Positions 47,780 through 58,098 of a stretch of 64,000 nt of DNA are shown here, piece after piece (the first letter of the stretch is position 1; every line of letters begins with the position of its first letter). Made by a program: the position numbers and the translations under genes. The notes beneath the pieces were generated by a model that saw nothing but the letters and a program-made list of their open reading frames with translations, was not told the DNA's origin and did no database searches. The stretch is taken from IMG/VR virus record IMGVR_UViG_3300033145_003233, positions 248,001 to 312,000 of that record, one strand, 5' to 3'.

Positions 47780-49093
47780 TTATTTCGTAGAAACCGTAAA
47801 AAATATATAAAAATTCTCAGAAGTGTTCTTAACCTCATTCTCTATTGTTTGAAATTTAATAAGAACAGGCTTCATCTGTTTCAACTTATCATCTTTTATA
47901 GAGTCTAAGACAGACTGACTATCGAAATTTAATTGAACTCTACCCTTCTTGCCACCTTGGACCATCATCTCAAACAGATATTCTGAATTACAACGGAACC
48001 AGATTTTCTCTCCCTTAGTAATAGAATGATCTTCATCTACAATACCTACAGCAGAAGGACTGAGATATGCTGTTTGAGGAGTCACCACAAAAACTTCATT
48101 ATCTGTATCAAATACTATTTCCGTATTATGGATATCAGCATCATGTTGTCTATACGTTCCTCCGATAGTCGCTACCGCATCCTTCCACTCCTCTAACTCG
48201 GTGTAAATTCTATTAGGATATTGATAATCAAGGATATCTACTAGATTAGGATATTTGGTGAAATATTCTAATCCAAAAACACACATTATCATCTCATCAA
48301 ATTCTATCATAATTTGTTGAGGGATATCGTCTTTAGCATTTGCTTTTACCGTTTTTATCGTTACCTCTTCACAACTAGCCTCTGATAAAAGCTTAAAAAT
48401 AGTTTGATGATTTATCTGTGGAAGAATCACTCGCAAGTCCTTATCTCCCTTGACAAGATGCTCCCCTTCAACTGACTTAATGGCAAACCTGCCACCGCTA
48501 CCTGCCGAAAACCTTAAAATATCTTTTGTACCTTTAGTCGCTATTTCTAGAAGCATACACATGTACATTATATACTTTTCTTCGAAAGCAGGAGCGAAGA
48601 GGATATCCTTCATACCAACCACAAAAGCTTCTCTATCTATAACTGACTCTTTAGAAAATTCTCTCCCTATATTCGGAGGGACAACAGTTTCAGAAACAAC
48701 AGGCATAGATCGACTGGACATCTTAAGAACTTTGTTTTTACTTTTATCTTTAGTTTCAACTATAGGAATTATCTTTAGTTGATTAGACTCCAGCGAAAAT
48801 TCAACCGACTTACATGAAGAAAAAGAATTAGTAAACTTAAATAAATCTTCTCCATATACTGTGGCCTTACCATCACTTTTGCACTCATAATCTAAAGAGT
48901 CACAATTGCTACCAGATATAGGAGAGATAATGCTAGCTCTCCCACTATAAGCAAAAAGGATAATCCTATCTTTTTCTGCCTTTATTGTTATTAAATTAGC
49001 GAACTTGGCATCACTTGGAACATTTCTAGTTGCTACTTCAACAGCCGGTTTGATAGCCTTACGAAATGCTTCTACATTAACTTCAAATTTCAT
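47780..49093 (-). CDS. dnaN: DNA polymerase III beta sliding clamp-like
   Basis: MKFEVNVEAFRKAI; GKATV; RFSAGSGGRFA; KYPNL..I; FRCNSEYL. Confidence 0.7.
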   Translation of the reverse strand: MKFEVNVEAFRKAIKPAVEVATRNVPSDAKFANLITIKAEKDRIILFAYSGRASIISPISGSNCDSLDYECKSDGKATVYGEDLFKFTNSFSSCKSVEFSLESNQLKIIPIVETKDKSKNKVLKMSSRSMPVVSETVVPPNIGREFSKESVIDREAFVVGMKDILFAPAFEEKYIMYMCMLLEIATKGTKDILRFSAGSGGRFAIKSVEGEHLVKGDKDLRVILPQINHQTIFKLLSEASCEEVTIKTVKANAKDDIPQQIMIEFDEMIMCVFGLEYFTKYPNLVDILDYQYPNRIYTELEEWKDAVATIGGTYRQHDADIHNTEIVFDTDNEVFVVTPQTAYLSPSAVGIVDEDHSITKGEKIWFRCNSEYLFEMMVQGGKKGRVQLNFDSQSVLDSIKDDKLKQMKPVLIKFQTIENEVKNTSENFYIFFTVSTK

Positions 49094-49172
49094 CTCTCAT
49101 CTCCTAATATTCTAAACATATCACTCATCTCACTATATTAATATATATACTTCCACTTTTCCATTCTTTTTT

Positions 49173-49895
49173 TTAAGAACATGATTCTCCATACTTGTCA
49201 TATATCTCTTTTGCCTTCATCTTAATACGAGAAAGAGCGTTATCAATACTTTTGATATTAGTACGTTTTTTAGTACCACCCTTGATATATACTTTATTAA
49301 TTTTTGCAGTAATTTCTTCATAAGAACATTTATGTGCATATAATATGAAGACATTTCTCTCTAATTTAGATAACCTTTGATATAACCTACTAAAAAGATT
49401 TTTGTAATATTCCTTATCGCTAACTATATCAATAACACCTGCTTTAGTTTTAGGCAGGATATCTGACAAATATAATTTTTCATCTTCATGAGTCCCTCTA
49501 TCTTGATCTAACGATAAACTCGTATTTAATGCTTTTCTTTTATTTTGAAAACTGCTTTTTAATATAGTCGATAAATGTCTTCTAATACACAAAATAGCAA
49601 ATTTATCAAATGGATATGGTTGATCTCCCGATCCTCTCTCTTTATTATAATCAGGAATAGCCTTGAATCTCAAAGCATATAAGCCCTCTTGTAAAATATC
49701 ATCAAAATTAAAACCTGGTATATAAAATTGCCTAGTAATATAAATTAATTTTGATTTTATACGATGTTCTATTTCATTATAAGCACAATTTTGTCGCCTT
49801 TTTCTTCCTTCTCCTCTTACTATTTCTACTAAATCTTCATACTTTAATTTTTCAACAGGCCCCAAAATCCTTTTGGAAATCCTGGATCTTGCCAT
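49173..49895 (-). CDS. SigH-like sigma factor
   Basis: FYIPGFNFDDILQEG; FAILCIRR; KRKALNTSLSLD; SYEEI...KSIDNALSRIKMK. Confidence 0.85.
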   Translation of the reverse strand: MARSRISKRILGPVEKLKYEDLVEIVRGEGRKRRQNCAYNEIEHRIKSKLIYITRQFYIPGFNFDDILQEGLYALRFKAIPDYNKERGSGDQPYPFDKFAILCIRRHLSTILKSSFQNKRKALNTSLSLDQDRGTHEDEKLYLSDILPKTKAGVIDIVSDKEYYKNLFSRLYQRLSKLERNVFILYAHKCSYEEITAKINKVYIKGGTKKRTNIKSIDNALSRIKMKAKEIYDKYGESCS

Positions 49896-49962
49896 TGAAT
49901 TCCCCTTCCTATATAATCTTTATAACATATTTATATCGACATATAGAAAAAAAGGGATTAAT

Positions 49963-51078
49963 CTACCTCTTAGACTTCTCCTGACTAGCTATGAGAAGAG
50001 ATTCAACTGCAAATTTATTAAAAAGCTGCACCGGATTAAGGCTATATTCCACTCCAAATGCCACATTGCTTAAAAGATTCATTAATTTTAGAATCATATC
50101 TCCAGAAGAAATGCTGGAATTCTGATGAAGATATCTCTTAATTTCTTCCTGAGTAAAATCAAATGGATCAAGATCTTGCTTGCATGTTCTTATTAGTAAT
50201 AAATTATTAAGATGCTCGTACACTCCATCAAGAATAAATTTCACCTCTTTGCCATCTCGAAATATCTGATTAATAGTTTGAAAACATCCTATACTATTTT
50301 TGCTAATAATATGATCAACCATCTCAAAATATAAAGATTCATCTATAACCCCCAATGCTTCCCTGGCCTTGGTAGCTGTAATTTCTTCCTCTCCTGCATA
50401 ATTCATAAGAGTTTGCAAATTCTGAAGACAATCTCTAACAGACCCCTTTGCATGTTTGGCTATTATCTGCAATGCTTTTTCCTCACAATTCAATCCTTCT
50501 TTCTGAACAATCTTTTTAAGATGCTCAAATATCTCAGGCCACGGTACTTTATTAAAAGTCCATAAAATACAGCGACTATGAATCGTTGGTTTAAAAGATT
50601 GAGGCTCTGTAGTACAAAGAATAAATCTCACAAATTTAGGAGGTTCTTCAATCATCTTTAAAGAAGCTTCAGCAGCAGCCCCCGTTAAAGAATGTGCCTC
50701 ATCAATAATAACGTATCTTGTTCTGCATTCAACTGGACAATGATACAATGATTTGTGTAAATCTCTAATATCATCTACCTTTCCTCCGCTTCCAGCATCT
50801 ATTTCCCTCACTTCGTAAGACTTCCCTGTAAAAATTTCTTCACAATTTGAACATTTTCCACAAGGATCTTTTTTACCTTCTTTGCAATTCTCCATAGCTG
50901 CTATAATTCTAGCTGTAGTCGTCTTGCCACAACCATAATTACCCGCTAAGATATAAGCATGATGAAGAGTATTAGATTTAAAAGCATTTGTAAAAGCTTT
51001 TACAACAACTGGTTGTCCAATAACATCTGATAATTTCTTCGGTCTATATTTTAAACATAATGGTTCTTCGATATTCAT
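49963..51078 (-). CDS. dnaX: DNA polymerase III gamma/tau subunit
   Basis: KYRP, HAYILAG..GCGKTT, C..PCGKCSNC, IIDEAH, EEPP, TIHSRC, GSVRD. Confidence 0.95.
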   Translation of the reverse strand: MNIEEPLCLKYRPKKLSDVIGQPVVVKAFTNAFKSNTLHHAYILAGNYGCGKTTTARIIAAMENCKEGKKDPCGKCSNCEEIFTGKSYEVREIDAGSGGKVDDIRDLHKSLYHCPVECRTRYVIIDEAHSLTGAAAEASLKMIEEPPKFVRFILCTTEPQSFKPTIHSRCILWTFNKVPWPEIFEHLKKIVQKEGLNCEEKALQIIAKHAKGSVRDCLQNLQTLMNYAGEEEITATKAREALGVIDESLYFEMVDHIISKNSIGCFQTINQIFRDGKEVKFILDGVYEHLNNLLLIRTCKQDLDPFDFTQEEIKRYLHQNSSISSGDMILKLMNLLSNVAFGVEYSLNPVQLFNKFAVESLLIASQEKSKR

Positions 51079-51289
51079 TTTCTTCTCCCTTAACCACCAT
51101 CAACGAGATCCCATTAAAATTTTAAGGTATTCTTTAATAAGCTCAAAAGCTTCTGGTTTGGTAAATCCCTCTTTCACTAATTCGTTATACATGGCTTTTA
51201 AAGCTCCAGGTAAAGTTCTATTGAATAACTCAGTAAATTGATCAAATTCAAAAACAGCTTTATTTGCCGAGGGCAATTTTTCTTTATCT

Positions 51290-52027
51290 TCAGCCATCTA
51301 TTAACACCTTATCTTTAAGAATAGAATTCATTAATCTATAAGTTTCTTCATTCTGCTCTTCAATAGACATCTCCCTATTATCTATAACATAAGCATTCCC
51401 CCCTAACGATTCCCAATCATAGTCATCAAGTGCGACTTCGCTTTCATGAGGATCTACATCACAAATATCTCTAAGTAATCTAAAAATAATCCCCTCATTT
51501 TTAGCAATCCCTTCAACTTCGCTAGGAAATCTTGCATCAGAGATAAGAGCAATATCAAATTCTTCTTTTTCAATAGCTCTGAATGTTGCATTCACCCATA
51601 TAGAATCATCAAAATATTTTCTAAAAATATTAGTTCCGACTATTTGCATGACTTCTCTAGCTGTCATAAACCCATCTTTTCTTACGAAATCAGCAAGAGG
51701 AGTCCCTGGCATACGATATGCGGGAGAGCGTTTAAGCTCTCTATATTTATCCCCTATTTCTGATGGTAATCTGTTCCAGCTATATGTGGTTAAACTATTT
51801 TTTTCTTCATCGCTACCATAACACTGCTCACGACTGAGACCCATAACATCCATACAAATCTTTTCCTTTAAAGCATCTGCGAAACTATACATCTTAAGAC
51901 TATATTGGGAACAGTCTTTATATCTAAATTTTAGTCGAAAGAATTTTGTTAGTCCATCGCATAAAGTATTTTTTCCAGATTGCTTTTTACCTGACGCACC
52001 GATGATAAAAGTTTTCTTTTTTCCCAT
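51290..52027 (-). CDS. Deoxynucleoside monophosphate kinase
   Basis: GASGKKQSGKNT, SFADALK, REVMQIVGT, SDARF, HESE. Confidence 0.85.
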   Translation of the reverse strand: MGKKKTFIIGASGKKQSGKNTLCDGLTKFFRLKFRYKDCSQYSLKMYSFADALKEKICMDVMGLSREQCYGSDEEKNSLTTYSWNRLPSEIGDKYRELKRSPAYRMPGTPLADFVRKDGFMTAREVMQIVGTNIFRKYFDDSIWVNATFRAIEKEEFDIALISDARFPSEVEGIAKNEGIIFRLLRDICDVDPHESEVALDDYDWESLGGNAYVIDNREMSIEEQNEETYRLMNSILKDKVLIDG

Positions 52028-52048
52028 TATCTCCCCCTCCTAATTCTT

Positions 52049-52498
52049 TTAGATTTTCTTAATAAAGAAAGAGGTTTTCCCTTGCAAGTCCTCATGATCT
52101 GTCGATTCAATAGTATTACCCTTCACATCTTTAGCAAACCAATCTTTCTCATTGGCTCTACTTGCCGAGACATTCCCTAAATAAATTCTTACTGTCGCTT
52201 TTTTAATATCTTGCAAAGGAACAGATTTAGCATCTTCTCCCGTGATAGCATATGCCGCCTTGTACATCAGGGGTTCACTCCCACCATAGACATATTTAGT
52301 TTTTTTGTTAGGAGTCTTAATATCAACCATATAAGCTTCCCAGCTCCGCTCTCTATCAGAAGCCGTAAGAGCATTATTAACATTAATATCAGTAATCTCC
52401 TGTTTGGCCCTCTTAATAATCTCATCGATATCCGTAGAAGTCAACAAGATACTACCTTGCCCATATTCATCCCTTGACCATAATTGATAACTAGCCAT
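52049..52498 (-). CDS. Hypothetical protein
   Basis: ORF track; SD AAGGAG. Confidence 0.5.
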   Translation of the reverse strand: MASYQLWSRDEYGQGSILLTSTDIDEIIKRAKQEITDINVNNALTASDRERSWEAYMVDIKTPNKKTKYVYGGSEPLMYKAAYAITGEDAKSVPLQDIKKATVRIYLGNVSASRANEKDWFAKDVKGNTIESTDHEDLQGKTSFFIKKI

Positions 52499-52800
52499 TT
52501 TTTTCTCCTTTTATAAATCTAAATTTTATTTTTGAACAATTCTTCATAACCCCCTGATCATTCTCTTCGCAAGGAATTAAATCACCAAGTTCCGGATTCC
52601 AAGTTACTGCTATTGCTTCTCCATTGAGAACAGCTTTAGCATCTTTGATTCTTTGTTTCCTTATTTTCCAGTATTTTTTTGTAAGAATACCATAATAAAA
52701 AGGCATTGGCATGTGATTGACCCAAACCCCAGGTTCAATTTCTGACTGGCACATGTATAAACTCTTATAGTATTCTAAAAATTTATCTATTCGGTACATT

Positions 52801-53253
52801 TTAATCTATTAAAGTTTTTAACTTATCTTTTCCCATTGTTTCAAAAGAAATAGCATGGTGAGTAACAAGAATAGATGGTGTAAAATCTAAGTCCATCAAA
52901 TCGACTAGCCTATCTATAGCTTCTTCAAAATTCTTTAAATCTTCTTCAGAAGCTGGTCTATCATTACTTCCCACTTTTACAATAAAAACATTATTTTTAA
53001 AATCATCTTTATCTATTTTGCAAATTTCATAAGCCATTTTTAGCTCCTTATTAAAATTTCTTTCATTTGCTTCTGCTATAGCTTCATAAGCATCGTCTAC
53101 AAACAATTTTTTACAATCCTCTGAACAATAGACATATCTTCCATCTGTAATAACTGCTTTCTTTTCCTGACACCAATCACAAACGTCTGTTTCTGATAAT
53201 TCTCGAGGATGGAAATCCATTTCAGCTTTAATCTTGCTATAATCTATTTCCAC
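52801..53253 (-). CDS. Hypothetical protein with Zn-finger
   Basis: CDWC...YCSEDC; VKVGSNDRPAS. Confidence 0.5.
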   Translation of the reverse strand: MEIDYSKIKAEMDFHPRELSETDVCDWCQEKKAVITDGRYVYCSEDCKKLFVDDAYEAIAEANERNFNKELKMAYEICKIDKDDFKNNVFIVKVGSNDRPASEEDLKNFEEAIDRLVDLMDLDFTPSILVTHHAISFETMGKDKLKTLID

Positions 53254-53711
53254 TTAAAATCATCATCATTTAAGATATGAGGAATATCAGGATCATCAAG
53301 AAAATCAATCCCAAGACTTCTGAACATAGCCCCAAATCCTTTTGTATCACAAGAATTAACTTTCCCCTCATTGTCCTCACCTGTTGGCAATCCATGAAGA
53401 ATATCTGCTGTGTGAGCTAGCTTATGCTTTTCACTCATCTCTTGCCAATCATGAGCATATAAAACAACGTACCACGAATAAGGACAATGAATAGCAACAG
53501 GCATTTTAACTGCCTGAAGATTCCATGTTCTCTCTCCGTTGCCTTCTTTTTCTTTCCTGGTTTTATTAGTGATATTGACACAGCAAACTTTATCTATATC
53601 CACACTTATAAATTTCTCAGGGAATTTTCCTACAATCTTAACTGCCATCGTATTAAATTCATCATTTACTTCATATTCCGGTTTTTCTTGTGCCATCTTT
53701 AACTCCCTCAA
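53244..53711 (-). CDS. Putative phage metallopeptidase-like protein (degenerate HExxH)
   Basis: DWQEMSEKHKLAHTADILHG. Confidence 0.45.
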   Translation of the reverse strand: MRELKMAQEKPEYEVNDEFNTMAVKIVGKFPEKFISVDIDKVCCVNITNKTRKEKEGNGERTWNLQAVKMPVAIHCPYSWYVVLYAHDWQEMSEKHKLAHTADILHGLPTGEDNEGKVNSCDTKGFGAMFRSLGIDFLDDPDIPHILNDDDFKWK

Positions 53712-53779
53712 TAATAAAATATTACAATATTCTTCATTCGTAAGTCATATTCTATAAAAATAACTTTCACTTTGCAAAC

Positions 53780-54355
53780 TTAAACCACGACCCACCTATC
53801 ATCAGGGACTATTTTCCCCTCATACATTAATTTAAAATGCTCAACACATTCCTCAACAGAATCAAAGACCTCATCTTCATCTACATGCTGTATTAACCAT
53901 GATGGAATATCATATTTATCTTGACCTTCTGCCATGATTACAAAACATGGTTTATGTTGATGTTTTGCCGTAACAAACTCTTCATAAGAACCACACAAAT
54001 GAACATCAATATCGCAATATAAAACAAGGACATGACTCAAATCAACCATTCTCAAATCAAACCGTGCAAATATTTTAACCTCTGCTTTAGCTCTCTCCCA
54101 TTTCCTTCTTTTCATCAACTCCTGAATCCTCGTCTTCTCATCTCCTACTTCCGATCCCATTCCCTTAGGCTTATTAGTAGGATCAAAGAAAAGAAATGGA
54201 AGTTTAAGTCTTTTGCATCTTGCAATAAATTCTTTTCTCCACCCGATACCATCATCTTTGACCCTATCAATAGGACCACTTAAAAAGATCTTCACCCCGT
54301 CCAAACTCTTCATATTTTTCTCCCTCTTATTTATTCTCCATGATTTTTTAAACAA
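53780..54355 (-). CDS. Nucleoside 2-deoxyribosyltransferase-like protein
   Basis: IFLSGPID...GWR...DP...DLRMVD...GSYEE. Confidence 0.7.
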   Translation of the reverse strand: MFKKSWRINKREKNMKSLDGVKIFLSGPIDRVKDDGIGWRKEFIARCKRLKLPFLFFDPTNKPKGMGSEVGDEKTRIQELMKRRKWERAKAEVKIFARFDLRMVDLSHVLVLYCDIDVHLCGSYEEFVTAKHQHKPCFVIMAEGQDKYDIPSWLIQHVDEDEVFDSVEECVEHFKLMYEGKIVPDDRWVVV

Positions 54356-54532
54356 TTTTTAGTTACACATCTTCCTTTAAGATCTACTTGAATGGGACCG
54401 CAACCCTCACACAAAACGCGTGCTGCAAGACCTTTATCCCATTCTTTTTTAGTAGTCATTTCCCTAAAATCTCCATACGGAAAATCTAAATCTTTGGCAC
54501 ACTGTTCACAAAAATCTGCCATATCTCCACTC

Positions 54533-55378
54533 TCACTCTATTATCAAATCGATGTCTCTTTGTCCGACATCAAATATCTCTTCTTTGGTTCTCTCATTAT
54601 TAAGTAAAAGATCAGCTATCTCTTCATCAAACAATTCATTAGCTTCATCACATTCATTTTTATCCCAGTAACTATCAGGTTCAAATATGTTAATTGCCTC
54701 GCCCCCGCCACCTGGAGGGTGCATAACAGTAGAAATACCAGAAGGAATCTTCACATTAAATGACTTACCATTCCACTCTATTATAAAAATACCGTCAGCA
54801 GGACGATAATCTTGATCATAAGCTTCATCATTATGATTTACCCCTTCGACCTGATAAGGAAAAAAACGTCTACGAATTAAAGCTATCAAACTTATAGTAG
54901 GAGAAAACAATTCAAAACCCCAACCATAAAAACAGGCTCTTTCTATTTTATCCACTCTAAATTCAAAAAAAGTGTCGCTTTCCGTCTTATGCTGCCTTGT
55001 TTTTTCTTTCTTATTACGTCTAGAAGGACTTTGCCAATGGCTGCCATAAACAGGTCCACTAGCACTAAAACTATAAGCATTATATGGCCTACTCCTGTCA
55101 AGCACATCTTGCCATCCTTCTACTTTTTCATCATTAGCATCCACTACTAACGCATACGGATTTCCCCAAGCTGACCAACTAGCAACAAATGATAAAGAGT
55201 TATTAGAATCTTCATAAATAAGTCGTTTAATTGGCATCCCTTTTACTTCTTGAAAAATAAAGTATTTGCCTGGCCCTGTTTTACAAGAAAAGATAAAATC
55301 CATTTTATACAAATTCTTGCCAAATCTCATCTTTATAATATCAACTATATTTTTAATATCAGTCAACTTTATAGACAT
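54533..55378 (-). CDS. Hypothetical protein
   Basis: ORF track. Confidence 0.5.
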   Translation of the reverse strand: MSIKLTDIKNIVDIIKMRFGKNLYKMDFIFSCKTGPGKYFIFQEVKGMPIKRLIYEDSNNSLSFVASWSAWGNPYALVVDANDEKVEGWQDVLDRSRPYNAYSFSASGPVYGSHWQSPSRRNKKEKTRQHKTESDTFFEFRVDKIERACFYGWGFELFSPTISLIALIRRRFFPYQVEGVNHNDEAYDQDYRPADGIFIIEWNGKSFNVKIPSGISTVMHPPGGGGEAINIFEPDSYWDKNECDEANELFDEEIADLLLNNERTKEEIFDVGQRDIDLIIE

Positions 55379-55640
55379 TTAATTTTCTTCTTCCTCGACA
55401 ATTTCTAATGCAAAATCAAGAGCCTCTTTTAATTTTAATAGAGCAGTTCTATTTCTTATATTTAATTCAAATGAACCACTCCTTATAGATAAATGACATA
55501 GCTCATTATTTACCGTCCCACGTATGTTCCCCTTAGAAAAATCATGGTCATAAGATAAAGACTTATAGCCAGTAGCTTCCACCGCTTCATCTATCTTCAC
55601 TCTTTTATATTTGTCTTTTGGTACTGTCCTCTGCATTTTA

Positions 55641-56090
55641 TCAATCCTTTATATTTAATAATTTGCGTTCTTCTGAACTTAACTTACTAATAGCCCTACT
55701 TCGCTTTTCACGACGCTCTCTTGCCTGTTTTTCTTTTTTCGTCAATTCCCTATCTATACCTTTAGTCATTGTTAAAAACCATTTTTTATGATAATCACTT
55801 ACGGGATGGATTTTAACAGCAACACGATAAAGTTCATCAGCAACTTTAGCAGGATCTCTCTTCTTGCTTTTTGCCCATTTCTTTAAAATAACATCTCTTA
55901 CTCTTTTTGTGTCTTTCTCCTGATGCTCGGCCCACCATTTACTTATCTTGGTATTTGAATAGTCGCGAAATAAACCATCTCCTTGCAATTCCCCACAAAG
56001 AAAACACAAATTTTGTGTAAGTTCATCTATTTCATTTATATAATCACTATGATCACAACCGACATCACCAAAATCACTTCTGCACGGCAT
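55641..56090 (-). CDS. Hypothetical phage protein (MPC...LC..C...WW.EH..KD pattern)
   Basis: ORF track. Confidence 0.5.
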   Translation of the reverse strand: MPCRSDFGDVGCDHSDYINEIDELTQNLCFLCGELQGDGLFRDYSNTKISKWWAEHQEKDTKRVRDVILKKWAKSKKRDPAKVADELYRVAVKIHPVSDYHKKWFLTMTKGIDRELTKKEKQARERREKRSRAISKLSSEERKLLNIKD

Positions 56091-56370
56091 CTTTAGTTCC
56101 CTGAATCATTTCTTCCAGCATTATTCTTATCCCCTATGTCCACATTCGCACCAACCATAAGAGCTATTTCTCCATCTATAATTCTATACCAAGAATAATA
56201 TTCTTCTGCTTTTTTCTCTTCTAAAGATTTTGCAGTAGGATCTTTAATTCCTATTTCAAAACCTCCATCTCTCATGCATACTACTAATTTTTCTCCCTCT
56301 TCTGTTTCAAAAAGGACAGAATTAAAAACTTCTTTTAATCGGATAGTCATACCTTCTGTTACATCTATTT

Positions 56371-57147
56371 TCATTTTATCAACCATCCTATAATCCTAGA
56401 TATCCACCCTGGTTTTTGGTCAACTTTTGATTTATTATTCTGAGTATTAAGCAATCCTCCTTGATTGTTCACTTCAGAGTTGCCACCGGATTGAGTGTTA
56501 TTTCCTTTTGATCCGATAATGTTATTATTAACAAAATTTGCTTCCATTGTTACCCCATCTTTCTTTAGTCTTAATTCAGGCAAATTTTCTATTTTATACT
56601 TGTCCTGAATTTCTATAATATACGTATTTAATTTTTCTCTGAACCCCCGTTCTATCGATTCTAAATGCCACAGAGTATATTCCACCATCCAATTTGGCAT
56701 CCCTTCATAAAATACAAAATTTGACAGGCCAAATTCTTTGCGTTCTTCATCACTAACTTCCTTAAGTACTTCAAGCAGACCAGTATTTTTTTTAACACTC
56801 CTGCATATTTCACTTATAGTTAAGGTACATTCCCATTCCTCAAATACATGATACTTCCGAAACCCATTATACTCCCATCCACCGCCTTGACCGAATAAAA
56901 AAATACCACAATCACAATTCTTTAATTTTCTATAATAAGAACCAAATTTAGAAATATCTCCTGCCTCATATCCTTTGATCTCCTTCTCTATCCACTTAAC
57001 TAGATTTTTATTACAGATCTTAAGAAAAATCTTTCGAGCAAGAAAACTTAATTTTACAGTATCTTCTCCATTTAATAGCCCCTCCTCAATTCGATTAATC
57101 GATTTTATTATTTTATCTTTCATTTCATTATACCAGATTATTTTCAC
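56371..57147 (-). CDS. AbiTii-like domain protein
   Basis: LAR.I...WIEKEIKGY...YYRKL. Confidence 0.5.
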   Translation of the reverse strand: MKIIWYNEMKDKIIKSINRIEEGLLNGEDTVKLSFLARKIFLKICNKNLVKWIEKEIKGYEAGDISKFGSYYRKLKNCDCGIFLFGQGGGWEYNGFRKYHVFEEWECTLTISEICRSVKKNTGLLEVLKEVSDEERKEFGLSNFVFYEGMPNWMVEYTLWHLESIERGFREKLNTYIIEIQDKYKIENLPELRLKKDGVTMEANFVNNNIIGSKGNNTQSGGNSEVNNQGGLLNTQNNKSKVDQKPGWISRIIGWLIK

Positions 57148-58034
57148 TTTTCAATTACAAAATACTGACCATTTGATCTATTGAAACCTACAATATCTTG
57201 TTTATATAAATCGGCAACACAATTCTGCAAACTAATATGAGAGCTAGTGTGCTCAGATCTTGTAAGTAACAACAAATTATTAATATAATTATTTAAAGTA
57301 TCTCCGTCTATATGATGGACACACTCGTTAATAAATAGCTTCCTTCCAATTTTTAACTCCATTAACGCTACATGATAATTTTTTGTAATCCACTTCCCAT
57401 TATTGTTTTTATAAGCATATTTATAATAGTAACTATTCGTCCTTTTATAATGAATTTTATAAAGCTTATTGACATTTAAATTATATTCATTATGATCTAA
57501 AAATGAAACAGTTTCGTTCAAAACATATTTTTTATTTACTCTATCAAACCATATCTTTTCACCAAATAAATCATAACCGATTTTTTCCGTTTGATGATGA
57601 CACCTACTATGATCTCCGTTTAAATTAAATAAATATAAATTAAATATTTCATTATTTATTTTATTAAAATCAATATGATGAATTCTCTCTTCTTTATTTA
57701 ATTTTCTACCAAGATGTTGCTCCATTACATATTGATGTTCAAAACATTTCCTACCGTTATCAACAGTAAGCAATCTATATCCCCCATTATGCAATCCATG
57801 TTTAAAATTCTTATTTTTTTCGCCCCTAGGTCTTTTCCCGCTATATTTTAGCAATTGAGAACAAGAGAGACATAAATCAATTTCATTATTCCTATTTAAA
57901 CGTCCTTTTTTAACAACATCTAAACGAGATTCTTTTTTAACTCCACATTCTTCACACTTTATTACACATATCGTTCTATACTGTTTTTTGTTATTTTTAC
58001 CAACTATTTCTTTTTTAAATGTTCTTATAACCAT
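57144..58034 (-). mobile_element. HNH homing endonuclease (two HNH domains)
   Basis: EHQYVMEQHLGRKL..EERIHHIDFNKINN; YHVALMELKIGRKL...VHHIDGDTLNN..NL.LLTRSEH. Confidence 0.88.
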
Positions 58035-58098
58035 AGGAATCCTCCATTGTTAAAGTATTTTTCTATTATATAATTACTCTAACGATGGAGAAAATCCT

